Shown here one piece after another: positions 1-10,444 of a stretch of DNA of 64,000 bases (its first letter is position 1; the number at the start of each line of letters is the position of its first letter). Made by a program: the position numbers and the translations under genes. Origin of the DNA: a virus (taxonomy: Duplodnaviria; Caudoviricetes); the IMG/VR virus record IMGVR_UViG_3300014590_000001, positions 128,001 through 192,000 of that record; one strand, given 5' to 3'. Under the pieces are notes generated by a model that worked only from the letters and a program-made list of their open reading frames with translations, was not told the DNA's origin and made no database searches.

Positions 1-174
1 ATCAAACTCTTTGAAGTCAACATACTTCTGTAAGATCGAATGGTAGTCTGCAATAGATTTAAATCCACACGCGAGGTAGCGCACAGTTGCGGCATACACT
101 ACGCGGAAAGCAGCGGAATTCCGTTTGAGTAGAAGTTTGGTTTCAATATATTTTGACAAAGAATTGCGTTTCAC
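1..174 (-). CDS. hypothetical protein, 5' part (runs off window)
   Basis: GTG at 174 after GGAG RBS; open frame VKRNSLSKYIETK... to window edge. Confidence 0.6.
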   Translation of the reverse strand, partial: MKRNSLSKYIETKLLLKRNSAAFRVVYAATVRYLACGFKSIADYHSILQKYVDFKEFD

Positions 175-250
175 TAAAAACTCCGAATTGTTGTACACAG
201 TAGTTTGAAATAAAATCAAATAGAACAAAACTGAAAAATGTCTTTCTTGA

Positions 251-1147
251 TTACATGTCGCCCATTTCAATCGGCCCACGCATCTTAGGTTTCTTCTTCA
301 CTTTAGCTTTCGGTTTTACTTTCTTACTTTTGTGAGCAGGTTTCTGGTATTGGTCTTCGCCAAGTTCCAGAGCGCCGTCTTCATCTTCGGAGAATGCCCC
401 TAACAATCCTCCGTTGTCGATCATACTCACAAGGTCTACTAACGTGTTCGAGCGGCGTTTCTTCTTACCACCTTTGCCCTTCACGATATCATCCATGTTC
501 GGTACAGTGAATCCATCCAGAAGAGTTGGAACTTTAAACTTCACATCTTCTTCAGGCAGGTAACGCTTGCTTGTCGGAATCTCGCGTTCCGGATCGTTGA
601 TACGTCCTTCGGCTTTCATCTTTTTCGACAGCGATTTGAATTCTGATTTCGAATACAGCGACGGGCCAGCCAATCCAGTGTTCGGATAAGTCAGCACGAT
701 GTTTCCGGTTTCAGAAATCAAACGAACTTCTTTGTCATCCATATCCAGAATACGCGCAGCCATAAAGTTGTTCATGTAGTTACGCGATTCTCGACCACGA
801 TAACGAACGAACACAGGTTGCCCCATCTTCACGCCTTGCTTACGGGTACGGCTTTCTGACAACAACATGCCAGCAATAATGCGCAGATCTTTTTCTTCCA
901 TTCCGCCAAACAACTGGAACAGCGCAACCAAACCATCACCGCCTGTTTCCATCAATTCTTTCAAATCGTAAGTGTTCGTGCGGAAGTGCTTACACATTTT
1001 ACTATCTTCGAGTTTACCTAAACTTTCACAGGGCTTAGTCGAAGCTGGAATTAAAACGTCACGAGTGAGGCCGCGGCAATCACCACAAGTTACGGTTGTT
1101 TTTACCAGTTCTTTCAGATCCACGGTGCGAAGATTTTTCTTGCTCAT
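251..1147 (-). CDS. hypothetical protein with N-terminal Cys cluster and Lys-rich C-terminus
   Basis: 298 aa; CGDC...C...C; possible SH3/KOW-like segment GQPVFVRYRG. Confidence 0.75.
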   Translation of the reverse strand: MSKKNLRTVDLKELVKTTVTCGDCRGLTRDVLIPASTKPCESLGKLEDSKMCKHFRTNTYDLKELMETGGDGLVALFQLFGGMEEKDLRIIAGMLLSESRTRKQGVKMGQPVFVRYRGRESRNYMNNFMAARILDMDDKEVRLISETGNIVLTYPNTGLAGPSLYSKSEFKSLSKKMKAEGRINDPEREIPTSKRYLPEEDVKFKVPTLLDGFTVPNMDDIVKGKGGKKKRRSNTLVDLVSMIDNGGLLGAFSEDEDGALELGEDQYQKPAHKSKKVKPKAKVKKKPKMRGPIEMGDM

Positions 1148-1622
1148 TATTTTTCAAGCCTTTTCTGATCAGAGTATATTCAATACAAAAGCGAAGAACT
1201 TGCGACATAGAAGTTATGCCCGGCGAGTCACGCTTTAGCAATTCAAGGGCGTATCTTGTTTCTGCATCTACTGTAATGCTAGGAAGCAATATTGTTTTTT
1301 GTGATGGATCTATTTGAGGAACTAACATTGCGTTAACTAAAATACCTAGCCACACTTCTGCATTACGTTCCGCGTTCGGGTCATCCCAAAATTCACCTAC
1401 GGGTTGTTTTCTCTTTCCGTTTAATCTGCTAACGGTCGCACTAGCTTTCGCATGTAGCGCCGTATGGCAATTTCCATCTAACGGAATCTGGAGACTGTCC
1501 TTGCCTCCGAGCGACTGAGGAATCGTATGGTGCCAGTGTATCGCTTTCGTGAACAAACCACAAATGCAACACCGGATTAATCCGTTACGTTCTTCAGCAA
1601 ACAATTTATTTTCAGCGGCCAT
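1080..1622 (-). CDS. HNH-family nuclease domain protein with possible C-terminal ribbon-helix-helix
   Basis: CCICG...HWHHTIPQSLGG...GNCHTALH HNH pattern; C-term ITVDAETRYALELL...SMSQVLRFCIE. Confidence 0.7.
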   Translation of the reverse strand: MAAENKLFAEERNGLIRCCICGLFTKAIHWHHTIPQSLGGKDSLQIPLDGNCHTALHAKASATVSRLNGKRKQPVGEFWDDPNAERNAEVWLGILVNAMLVPQIDPSQKTILLPSITVDAETRYALELLKRDSPGITSMSQVLRFCIEYTLIRKGLKNNEQEKSSHRGSERTGKNNRNLW

Positions 1623-2856
1623 TTGACCACGGAAGGAACCACGTTTCCAATTTGGTATCCCCGTTCGTAAGTTTTAAAAGCATTTTGATTGTGGGCTTAG
1701 GCATCAGCCACAACGCGTACACATCGCTATCTGCCATAACGCCTGTCATGGGTTTCGTTGTGAACAATCCGTAGTCTGAACTTGCTTTCGCGTTGAGGCT
1801 TTCCAGAATCGGAGCCGCATAGTTCAGGATACTGATTTCCGTTGTGTTCTGGATTTGCCGTTGCACACGCGCCGTTGAATTGTGACTCTTAACGCGCTCG
1901 TTAAGTTCATCAATTTTTGCACTCAATTCAGAAATATTCTTTTCTGTTTTTGTAATGCGTTTCTCAATCGCTTTCTTGAGGTGTACGCTTGAAACTCCTT
2001 CCAGATTAATTTGCATTGCCCGTAGCTCACGGCGTTCAGAGTTCCGACGCTTTTGCAGATCGGTTCGCTCTTTGTTTACGCCGCCACTCTTAAAACGTTT
2101 CGCGGTGTCTTCAGAATTCTCCAGCGCATCGCTCATGCGGAAAAACATTACAAGCTGTTCTTCCAGTACCATTCCGAGATCGGATGAAGGTGCTGAATGA
2201 AGTCCAGCGTTGTGAACTTTAAATCCAAGCGCAGCGAGATTATCCGGATTCATCGCAAACGATCCGAACCGCGCCATGACAGGCAGAGCGACTAAATGCA
2301 GAGCGCCATTTAGTTTCTTTGGAACCTTGTGCGAGTGTGTTGCAAACATCTGGTCTAACAGTCGGGAAGTTTTTGACGAGGCCGCACGTTCACGCGCTTC
2401 ACGTCGAGAGATTGCACGGTCTTCCGGATCGCTGTTCTCGTCTTCAGGCAAATACGTCAACGCTTTGGTGGCGTCTTTGCGAATGCCTTTTAAGTTTTCC
2501 AGTACAGAGGAAATCTTACGGAGAAATACCGGACGCTGAATAGATTTGTCTTCCAGCATCGTAGCCAGCGATACGCAAGTTGTAAGTGCAGCAGTGAAAC
2601 CGCTCTTACATTCGAGCACATCAGGATAGGATTTATAGACGCTGCTACGCAATTCCTTAATCGTCTTCGCTGAGTCTGTATCGGCTTCGCGGAGCGCACC
2701 AACAACATCAGAGCGTTTGAGTAAGGAACCGTTTTTGATCAGTTGTAATGCTTCAATAACTTCATCAATACGGTTGCGCAGAGCAACAACAGGAGAGTTC
2801 ATTATAACCTCGTTTTCGAGAGTGAGAGCCATCATCGACTCTAAGTGCTTTCGCAC
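1612..2856 (-). CDS. hypothetical coiled-coil protein (start may be ATG 2835)
   Basis: 414 aa ORF with heptad-rich C-terminal half. Confidence 0.7.
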   Translation of the reverse strand: MRKHLESMMALTLENEVIMNSPVVALRNRIDEVIEALQLIKNGSLLKRSDVVGALREADTDSAKTIKELRSSVYKSYPDVLECKSGFTAALTTCVSLATMLEDKSIQRPVFLRKISSVLENLKGIRKDATKALTYLPEDENSDPEDRAISRREARERAASSKTSRLLDQMFATHSHKVPKKLNGALHLVALPVMARFGSFAMNPDNLAALGFKVHNAGLHSAPSSDLGMVLEEQLVMFFRMSDALENSEDTAKRFKSGGVNKERTDLQKRRNSERRELRAMQINLEGVSSVHLKKAIEKRITKTEKNISELSAKIDELNERVKSHNSTARVQRQIQNTTEISILNYAAPILESLNAKASSDYGLFTTKPMTGVMADSDVYALWLMPKPTIKMLLKLTNGDTKLETWFLPWSNGR

Positions 2857-2941
2857 AGAAAAGGAAATCTGTATACAGTTACCAATTACTATATATTTAC
2901 AGTATTAGGAATATTCCGAGTATACAGATTTCAATTAGTAT

Positions 2942-4612
2942 TTACAGTTTTCCGTAGCCAAGATTTGGCTTGTTGGCATCCGGATTTTTCAAATATTTCT
3001 GGACGCGATCCAGAGTATCTTTCGCCGCATATTTCCCAGGCGATTTCAACCCTTTCTGCCAGCCAGCAATATCTGCTTTCAGCGCTTTGATTTTCGTTAC
3101 CAGATCGGCACGTTCCAGCGTTGCCAGTTTACGCACCTGACGATCCAGAATAATCTTCGCATCTTCAACAGGCAACTTGATCGCTTTCGCCAGTGCTGCA
3201 TCCGGTTCCTTTGAAGCGAGAACTTTAGGCAGCGCTTTCAGAAGTTTGTCTTTGTTGTCTACCGCGTACAAATAAACTTCCTGCAAATGAAGTTCTTTCT
3301 GAGCACGTTCGATCAACCAATCCAACATTCTGATTTCGAGTTTCTTGCGATACGTTACCCACGCTTTGAAATACGAAAGATAGTCGAGATATTTAAAGCT
3401 GTTCGGTTTCCCATCGTGACGAACGGTTACGCCGAGAATGTACGAAACTGATTTGGTTGTCAGCTTCTGAACTTCCTGCGCAATCTCGTAGAAACGATCT
3501 TCGTCTACACCACGACCGACAACAACTTCAACAGCACAGCCATACGTGCCAGCGTCTTTGTTACGCTCGCCGCCGTTACTATGCGCCTGAGATACGCCCT
3601 GAATGACTGCGAACTTCTCAATCATTTTGGCAACACCATCTTCAGACGCGAAACCTAACGGCACGAAAGTTTGCACAACGATCAGTTTGCGTTTCCAATC
3701 GAGCAACATTTGCGGTTCGTAAGTTACCTTGCCGCGACCTGTACGCATCAGACCTAACATTTCAGCGTTGCTTGTAATGTTCTTACAACCAAACTCATGC
3801 TGAATAACTAACGTCTTCGCCAGTTTCTTGTGATCGTATTCCTCGCCGTTCAGCATATCGATCACAACTTTCGCTACGCTCGCAAAAGTAAACGTTGGGT
3901 TTCCGCACTTCACGCCATAAGCAGGAGCAGGAACCGTTCCGTTCAACAGCATATAAGGTAACAGCGCCGGAAGATACAGCGGCAGTTTGAGATCGTTTGA
4001 GAAGTTATTCACCATCGGCACAACTTGCAGATAGTTTTTATCGAGCAAGAATTGCTGAGTGAACTTACTCATTTTCGCTTCGGTGTAACGCATCGCAGCG
4101 TGACTATCCGTAGGCGTACCCCAATTGCCTTGACCGTCTACAGCAGGAGGAACCGTGTTCGCTACCGTTACCATCGCATCATAGCAAGCCTGATCGCCGT
4201 GCGGGTGATATTTACCGAGAGCGTCACCAACAACACGCGCTGATTTTTTGTGACCACCAGACGGACTCAAATTCAAATCCGACATTGCCCAAATGATCGA
4301 ACGGTGAACAGGCTTCAGACCATCACGGAAATCTGGAATCGCACGTTCTTCAACTACGTAACTACCGTAAATGAAAAGTGCGTTCTCCGTGTGTTCTGCC
4401 AAACCTTGATCGCGAACGTTTGCCATGTTCTGACCAGCAAGCGGATAACGGCTTTCAACCATTGCGCCTTTCGCTTTGATATCGACCTTTTTCTTTTTCG
4501 CGATCTTCACATCGGCAAGTTCAACACCAGCTTTTTTCTTTGCGACAGCTTTTGTTTTCGGTTTCACTTTTTCTTTCGTGACAACCTTTGCAACTTTCTT
4601 TGGCTTAATCAT
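2942..4612 (-). CDS. gyrA: type IIA DNA topoisomerase subunit A (GyrA/ParC-like, no CTD)
   Basis: [35 protein letters not shown], catalytic AAMRYTE motifs. Confidence 0.95.
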   Translation of the reverse strand: MIKPKKVAKVVTKEKVKPKTKAVAKKKAGVELADVKIAKKKKVDIKAKGAMVESRYPLAGQNMANVRDQGLAEHTENALFIYGSYVVEERAIPDFRDGLKPVHRSIIWAMSDLNLSPSGGHKKSARVVGDALGKYHPHGDQACYDAMVTVANTVPPAVDGQGNWGTPTDSHAAMRYTEAKMSKFTQQFLLDKNYLQVVPMVNNFSNDLKLPLYLPALLPYMLLNGTVPAPAYGVKCGNPTFTFASVAKVVIDMLNGEEYDHKKLAKTLVIQHEFGCKNITSNAEMLGLMRTGRGKVTYEPQMLLDWKRKLIVVQTFVPLGFASEDGVAKMIEKFAVIQGVSQAHSNGGERNKDAGTYGCAVEVVVGRGVDEDRFYEIAQEVQKLTTKSVSYILGVTVRHDGKPNSFKYLDYLSYFKAWVTYRKKLEIRMLDWLIERAQKELHLQEVYLYAVDNKDKLLKALPKVLASKEPDAALAKAIKLPVEDAKIILDRQVRKLATLERADLVTKIKALKADIAGWQKGLKSPGKYAAKDTLDRVQKYLKNPDANKPNLGYGKL

Positions 4613-6675
4613 TCTGCGTCATCCGCTAATATTTCGTTCAGGCCGAGCAGACGGCGACGATAAACTGCGTCCTCTGCAACAACACCACGGAAGAAACGTT
4701 CTTGTTCAACATTCGCAAATGGGTTAATGCGAATCAGACGGCGAGTGTTTGGATCGAATGCAATCGCACGTAGCACATCAGGGTTAACTTCTCCCCATCC
4801 TTTCGCACGAACGATTTCGCTATTCTTCACAGCAGCCGGAGCAATAGCGCGACATTCTTCAAACGTCATACCGCCATAGTGTTTGCCTTTGTGCATCACG
4901 TTATACAGCGGCGCATCAACAACCCACACACGACCTTCCTTCATCAGATCCGGAAGCAGACGATAAATCACAGCGAGGAACAATGTCACGATATGACTAC
5001 CATCCGGATCGGCATCCATCAGGAACAACAGATTTCCGATACGCAATTTTTCCGTACTGAGAATTGGATTCTCCGCTTTTGGATCTAACGTTTTTAAATC
5101 TGCGCCGATACTAATCAGCAAACCCTGAACCTGTTTGTGTGTCAGCACTTTTGCCAGTGCAGCTTTCAAACCGTTGAGAGGTTTACCGCCAGCTTTCATG
5201 ATCTCTTGATAAGAAGGATCACGCGCATTCTTACCAGTACCACCTGCGGAGTCACCTTCCACCACAACCAGTTCGCGCTCATGCGGTTTACAGCGTGGCG
5301 CAGCTTCGAGGAATGACGGCAGAGAGTTACCAGCAACTTTCTTTTTCGTGTCTGCCATTGAACGAATAACAGCGCTCAATTCATCACGGCCTTTCATCAT
5401 CGCTTCTGCGCGTTTGATGATTTTCTTCGCGAGAGTTTTATTCTTGTTGAAGAATTCAGTCAGCGGTTTTTCTACAATCGCCTGAACTTCTTTTTCAACG
5501 CGGCTCGCAAGTTTATCTTTTACCTGCGACGTATATTGTGCGCCGTGCATACGCCAATCGAACAGACCAACAGCGCCCACCAGCAAATCGCTTGCCGTAA
5601 ACGTCTTGCCGCCTTTCTTCGGCTTCGGCATGTGCGGCTTCAGTGCGGCTTCGAGAGCGCTACGGAAACCAGTTACGTGCCAGCCATGATCCAGCGTAGG
5701 CGATGTGTTAACGAACGTGCGCAGCAAATCGGTATCAGGATAATCAGCCCAACTGATCGCCAGAGAAACGTAATCGGTTTTCAGTTCGAACGGCTTGCCG
5801 TCCAAAACTAATTCACGTTCTTCTGCAATACGTTTGATAACATCGCTCATTGTTTTCTTGTTCAGATAAACAGTGCGCTTGCCTTTCTTATCTTTGATAT
5901 GCGTGAAGCGAATCTCTAATCCTGGGTTCAGGTCAGACATTGCTTGCAGCCAATCGCGAGTACGCGCAACATTAAGTTTCGCGTGAACGTAATCCTTCGG
6001 AAGTTTTTTACCACGACGCGCATCGACACTCACAACAGTTTGGTCAAGCGTCCACGCAACAATCGTTCCGTATTTTTTGGCAGGATCTTGCAGCGTCTTC
6101 ATAACGTCTGCATCGACTTCCCAATTCTTAATCGGCGTAACGCATTCGCCTTTAGAATATTCCATGCCCTTCGTTTTCTTTTCGAAGTTAGACCACACAC
6201 GAATTCTTTCTGACACGGCGTTAACAGCAGTAACACCAACACCGTGAGTACCAGCAGAAGTTTTGTATGCGGAGTTATCAAACTTGCCACCAGCGTGAAC
6301 ACGCGTAAATGCGGAAGTCATGATCGCTTCGGAAGATCCATCGTAAATCTTTTTAACGGTTGTCGGAATACCGCCAGCGCCATCAGCGACGATATAAATA
6401 TCTTTGTCTTCGTTGAAAACAACTTCGATTAATTTATTTCGTCCTGCTACTGCTTCGTCGTATGCGTTGTCTGCAACTTCTTTAACAGCGCGATACGCCA
6501 TATCTTCGCCCGGCTCGCCAAGATACATGCCTGGGTTTTTACGCAGACCTTCCATTGCTGAAAGTGCGGTGAATCCGTCTTGAGCATTTTTCTTGCTCTT
6601 AACTTCTTTCGCTACAGCTTTCGCAACAGGTTTTACTTTTGCTACTGCTTTGAGTTTTGCGGCAGGTTTTGCCAT
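4609..6675 (-). CDS. gyrB: type IIA DNA topoisomerase subunit B (GyrB/ParE-like)
   Basis: [53 protein letters not shown]; AGGAG RBS before ATG 6675. Confidence 0.95.
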   Translation of the reverse strand: MAKPAAKLKAVAKVKPVAKAVAKEVKSKKNAQDGFTALSAMEGLRKNPGMYLGEPGEDMAYRAVKEVADNAYDEAVAGRNKLIEVVFNEDKDIYIVADGAGGIPTTVKKIYDGSSEAIMTSAFTRVHAGGKFDNSAYKTSAGTHGVGVTAVNAVSERIRVWSNFEKKTKGMEYSKGECVTPIKNWEVDADVMKTLQDPAKKYGTIVAWTLDQTVVSVDARRGKKLPKDYVHAKLNVARTRDWLQAMSDLNPGLEIRFTHIKDKKGKRTVYLNKKTMSDVIKRIAEERELVLDGKPFELKTDYVSLAISWADYPDTDLLRTFVNTSPTLDHGWHVTGFRSALEAALKPHMPKPKKGGKTFTASDLLVGAVGLFDWRMHGAQYTSQVKDKLASRVEKEVQAIVEKPLTEFFNKNKTLAKKIIKRAEAMMKGRDELSAVIRSMADTKKKVAGNSLPSFLEAAPRCKPHERELVVVEGDSAGGTGKNARDPSYQEIMKAGGKPLNGLKAALAKVLTHKQVQGLLISIGADLKTLDPKAENPILSTEKLRIGNLLFLMDADPDGSHIVTLFLAVIYRLLPDLMKEGRVWVVDAPLYNVMHKGKHYGGMTFEECRAIAPAAVKNSEIVRAKGWGEVNPDVLRAIAFDPNTRRLIRINPFANVEQERFFRGVVAEDAVYRRRLLGLNEILADDAE

Positions 6676-6733
6676 GATGCTTCTCCTAACGTGTTCCCTC
6701 ACACGTCAATTAGACCCCATATCCAGCCAGCAT

Positions 6734-6792
6734 ATTCTAATACAAAAGTATTAGATAAGCCATCGACATTTTGGACACAGATTTGCAGAGTT
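6734..6792 (-). promoter_or_regulatory. phage promoter P1 (conserved box, TGGCTT-17-TAGAAT), upstream of gyrB
   Basis: AACTCTGCAAATCTGTGTCCAAAAT then 28 nt then TAGAAT. Confidence 0.8.
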
Positions 6793-6829
6793 GGTCAAAT
6801 TTTAACCAGTGCAGCTTAGTTGACTATAA

Positions 6830-7171
6830 TCAGTCTTGAATCACCGTAGCGTCAATCAGAGTGCGGTAGCTGGCCTCGTCTACCTCGTTAACGTCGATAG
6901 GGAACGCAGCAGGATTATCAGAGTCACACCACGCCTGAATATCAGAAACGAATTCACCGTACTTGATCATTTCAACGCCATCCATTTCAGACAGCAGTTT
7001 GATTTCGTGAGCGTTGCGAGAATCAATTACGCTCGTGCGAATTGAACGAATGGTATGATCGAAAAAGCAGATTGCGAACTTAGTATTTGAAATTCTAATA
7101 GCGCGAAAAATTTCTTTGCTGAGTTGCGTTGCTTCTTCTTCGTGTTTCTTAAAACGTTCGTGAAGATTCAT
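6830..7171 (-). CDS. hypothetical protein
   Basis: 113 aa ORF in co-directional gene run. Confidence 0.7.
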   Translation of the reverse strand: MNLHERFKKHEEEATQLSKEIFRAIRISNTKFAICFFDHTIRSIRTSVIDSRNAHEIKLLSEMDGVEMIKYGEFVSDIQAWCDSDNPAAFPIDVNEVDEASYRTLIDATVIQD

Positions 7172-7205
7172 TTAGGAACCTGAGTGAGAATTTGGACTAG
7201 AAACG

Positions 7206-7240
7206 AAAAACGGGCTAGAGATATTAATCCCTAACCCGTA
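7206..7240 (-). terminator. intrinsic terminator after H1-like gene
   Basis: ACGGGTTAGGGA-loop-TCTCTAGCCCGT followed by T-tract. Confidence 0.7.
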
Positions 7241-7277
7241 AAAGTTAATCAGCGTTTGGGAACTTCGAAACTAGTTC

Positions 7278-7808
7278 TTAGTTGTCCAGTTCGAATTCAA
7301 AGTCGCCTTTGCCTTTTTTCTTGGACTTTTTATCGCCCTTCACTTTCTTGTCAGCTTTCGCTGGCTTGTCAGCTTTTGCTTTCTTACCAGCTTTCGCAGG
7401 TTTTTCTTCAGCGGCTTTCTTGCCAGCTTTTTTGTCAGCCTTAGCTGGCTTTTCAGCTTTCTCTGCTTTGGCTTTCTTACCAGCCTTAGCAGGTTTTTCT
7501 TCAGCAGCTTTCGCTTTCTTACCAGCTTTCGCAGGTTTTTCTTCAGCAGCTTTTTTGCCTTTAGCCGGAGCAGCTTTGTCAGCCTTAGCAGCTTTTGCTT
7601 TCGGTTCAGCTTTTGCTTTAGCGGCTTTAGCCGGAGCAGCTTCGCCGTTGTTTTGCAGAGCTTCTACCTGAGCGGCCAGAGAAGCGCGACGTTCAGCCAG
7701 CTTAGACTGTTCACCGGAGATCTGTTCAGCAGTTTTGCCGAGATTCTTTTCAGATTTTTCAATCGCGCGGATTTCTTTGTTCAGAGCGGAGATAACTTTC
7801 TTAGACAT
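7278..7808 (-). CDS. histone H1-like Lys/Ala/Pro-rich protein with N-terminal coiled coil
   Basis: repeated KKAAEEKPAKAGKKAKA; GAGG RBS before ATG 7808. Confidence 0.8.
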   Translation of the reverse strand: MSKKVISALNKEIRAIEKSEKNLGKTAEQISGEQSKLAERRASLAAQVEALQNNGEAAPAKAAKAKAEPKAKAAKADKAAPAKGKKAAEEKPAKAGKKAKAAEEKPAKAGKKAKAEKAEKPAKADKKAGKKAAEEKPAKAGKKAKADKPAKADKKVKGDKKSKKKGKGDFEFELDN

Positions 7809-7984
7809 AATAACCTCTATCAAAATAAATGTTCGTTGTGGAAAAACAGAAATCGTTTCTGCGTAGAAGTACATTAGCATGTTCAATGTACTTCTCGCAA
7901 TTTTTCTTCAAAGATTTTCGAAGAATTTTTTGGCCTGAGCTTAGTCCTAAAACCTATCAGGCCGCGCCACCGTCAGATGATTAC

Positions 7985-8812
7985 TTATTCGTCGTCTTCG
8001 TCTTCGTCTTCATCGTCGAAGTCTTCGTCTTCGTCATCTTCGTCTTCTTCGTCGTCACCAGCGAAGTGCGCTTCCAGAGCTTCGCGCAGTTCGTCTTCGT
8101 CTTTCTTTTTAGCCTGAGCTTTGGTGAACACGCCTTCTTCGATTGCTAAAGCGCGAAGTTCTTTTTCGTCGAGGTCGTCGAGATCTTGTTCATCTTCGTC
8201 CTCGTCGTCTTCATCTTCGTCTTCATCATCTTCATCGTCGCCGTCTTCGTCGTCTTCGTCGTCCGAGTCTTCATCATCCTCGTCTTCGTCGTCTTCGTCT
8301 TCGTCGTCACCATCTTCGTCGTCTTCGTCTTCGTCATCCTCTTCATCATCGGAATCGTCGTCAGAATCGTCGTCAGAATCGTCGTCGCCGTCTTCATCTT
8401 CGTCGTCTTCGTCTTCTTCATCTTCGTCATCAGAAGAGACACCCATCGCTTCGTTCAGCAGTTCGCGAAGTTCGTCTTCGTCCATGCTGCCAGCTTTTTT
8501 CTTGGTAGCAGCTTTAGACTTCACTGCGGCTTCACGCAGAGTTTCTTCGTCTGCGTCAGAAATATCGATCGCTTCTTCTTCTTCAATCGCTTCCACGATT
8601 TGAGCAGCGGTCACTTTCGCTTTTTTCTTACCAGCTTTAGCTTTCGGTTCAGCCTTAGCAGCTTTACCGCCTTTACCTTTAGCGGCAACAGTCAGACCAG
8701 CTTCAGCCAGCAGTTCGGCAACTTCGGAATCAGCAGATGCTTCAACCAGAATGCCAGCCATCTTAGCCAGAACTTCCATCGCTACGTTAGAGGTCTTTTT
8801 AGCTTTTGCCAT
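7985..8812 (-). CDS. highly acidic protein with two helix-loop-helix (HeH-like) repeats
   Basis: long D/E tract; repeats DADEETLREAA...MDEDELRELL and DLDEKELRALA...DEDELREAL; AAGGA RBS. Confidence 0.8.
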   Translation of the reverse strand: MAKAKKTSNVAMEVLAKMAGILVEASADSEVAELLAEAGLTVAAKGKGGKAAKAEPKAKAGKKKAKVTAAQIVEAIEEEEAIDISDADEETLREAAVKSKAATKKKAGSMDEDELRELLNEAMGVSSDDEDEEDEDDEDEDGDDDSDDDSDDDSDDEEDDEDEDDEDGDDEDEDDEDEDDEDSDDEDDEDGDDEDDEDEDEDDEDEDEQDLDDLDEKELRALAIEEGVFTKAQAKKKDEDELREALEAHFAGDDEEDEDDEDEDFDDEDEDEDDE

Positions 8813-9026
8813 GATACTTTATTTCCTTTAGAAGAATGTTTAGTATTGAAACATCGTTATGTTCAATTACTATTTACAGTATTTAAGAGAAAGTGTTTTC
8901 AAGCAACGCCACCGAAATTTATCAGCGGCGTTTCGACATTAACTGTTTACAGTTTTCTGTCTGACATAATCCGTTTACAGATTACGCCTCACGATATTAC
9001 TTTACAGATTTGCCTACGAAACTGGA

Positions 9027-9608
9027 TTAGAAGTTTTCGTCAGACTTTTTCTTTTTCTTGCCAGCTTTATCAGCTTTGCCGCCTTTGGAAGATTTCTCTT
9101 CCTTGCCGCCAGATTTTTTCTTTTCGGTCGCAACCGGAGTGCCGTACTTACGTGCAGCAACCGCCTCGTCAACAACCGCACGAACGTCGTAACCAGCAAC
9201 AGTGGTGTTAACGCGAGTGACTTCGCCAGTTTGAATATCGGTGCCGATAATCACGTCGTCTTTAACTTTTACAGTTTGACCACGGATGATCTGGACAGGC
9301 ATGTATGCGTCAACCAGCAGTTGACCCATTTCACCAGCTTCACCGATGAAGGTGATGATTTGCGATTTGGTGAAAGTGGTTACAACTTGTTTGGAAGAAC
9401 CAGCGCCTTTCTTGTGGCGAATCGTAACGCTACCATCGGAAGTAACGTCGATGATGAAACCTGAAACTTCGTGAGCGCCACGAGCAGAGATTTCAATATC
9501 GTGCGCCAGATCGCTTTGCTTGGATTTAACGCGAGCAATAGCGCCAGCTTTCTTTGCAATACGGTCGATACGTTTTGGAGCCAGTGCGGTGCTTTTAGAT
9601 TTGGACAT
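9027..9608 (-). CDS. hypothetical beta-rich protein with Lys-rich tail
   Basis: 193 aa, GGAG RBS. Confidence 0.8.
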   Translation of the reverse strand: MSKSKSTALAPKRIDRIAKKAGAIARVKSKQSDLAHDIEISARGAHEVSGFIIDVTSDGSVTIRHKKGAGSSKQVVTTFTKSQIITFIGEAGEMGQLLVDAYMPVQIIRGQTVKVKDDVIIGTDIQTGEVTRVNTTVAGYDVRAVVDEAVAARKYGTPVATEKKKSGGKEEKSSKGGKADKAGKKKKKSDENF

Positions 9609-9627
9609 TTCGAAACTCCAGTTTCAC

Positions 9628-10392
9628 TTACTTCATTTGTTCAAGGATAAATTCGACAACGGCATTTGCAGCGGCATCGAACAGTTCGGTATTAGACACT
9701 AAATCAATTAGTGACTTCGAATATTCTGTCACATTTTCATGGAACGTCTTCCATGAGACAGGAGATTCTTGCATATCGGAAATGACGTAGCGGATTGCCT
9801 CCCATTCCCAACAGTGCCTCAATTCTGACTGAACGTAAGCCCGAATGTTTTCACGTACTACCTGTTTTTCCTTTACAGATAATTCGATAAACATATTAGG
9901 CCAGCGCCCATCGAAACGATTTCGGAAAGTTTTATCAAATGCTTTCGCAGCATGAGACTGACGATTGGTGCTTAGTGTCGTGGCAGCGAGATAAACAACG
10001 ACAGTATGCAAACGAGATAGCGCTTTAATCAGCACATCCTCAACCAATCTTTCCGCAGGTGTTTCCGGAACATCCAGAATCTGTCTCTGAAGTTCAGCAA
10101 TCTGCCTATTAAGATTATCGACTTCAGAAGAATAAGTTTGAGAAATCGACTCAATCTTATGCAGAGCTTCGGCAGCATTCTTATTTGCTTGCTCTACCAC
10201 ATTACTATTTTTCAGTTGGAGGTCAGAAAAGTTTCTCTCCAAAACAGCCAACTGTATTTGCAACCTACCAACTTCCAACAAACGCTCATTATGCAGACGT
10301 TCGGTAATAGACAGTTGAGTTGTTTTTGTTTCGATTTCCTGTCTCGAAACGAACAATGCAGCATTAAGAGCATCGAGTTGTGAATCAGACAT
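9628..10392 (-). CDS. hypothetical coiled-coil protein
   Basis: GAGG RBS before ATG 10392 (MSDSQL). Confidence 0.75.
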   Translation of the reverse strand: MSDSQLDALNAALFVSRQEIETKTTQLSITERLHNERLLEVGRLQIQLAVLERNFSDLQLKNSNVVEQANKNAAEALHKIESISQTYSSEVDNLNRQIAELQRQILDVPETPAERLVEDVLIKALSRLHTVVVYLAATTLSTNRQSHAAKAFDKTFRNRFDGRWPNMFIELSVKEKQVVRENIRAYVQSELRHCWEWEAIRYVISDMQESPVSWKTFHENVTEYSKSLIDLVSNTELFDAAANAVVEFILEQMK

Positions 10393-10444
10393 TATCAATC
10401 CTCGTAAGTGGCGCAGGATATTCCCCACGCCACTTATTTACAGA

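Noticed and set aside
2869-9007. CTGT...ACAG clusters as LexA (SOS) boxes
   Set aside because: No CTGT-N8-ACAG spacing found; observed spacings are 2 or 16
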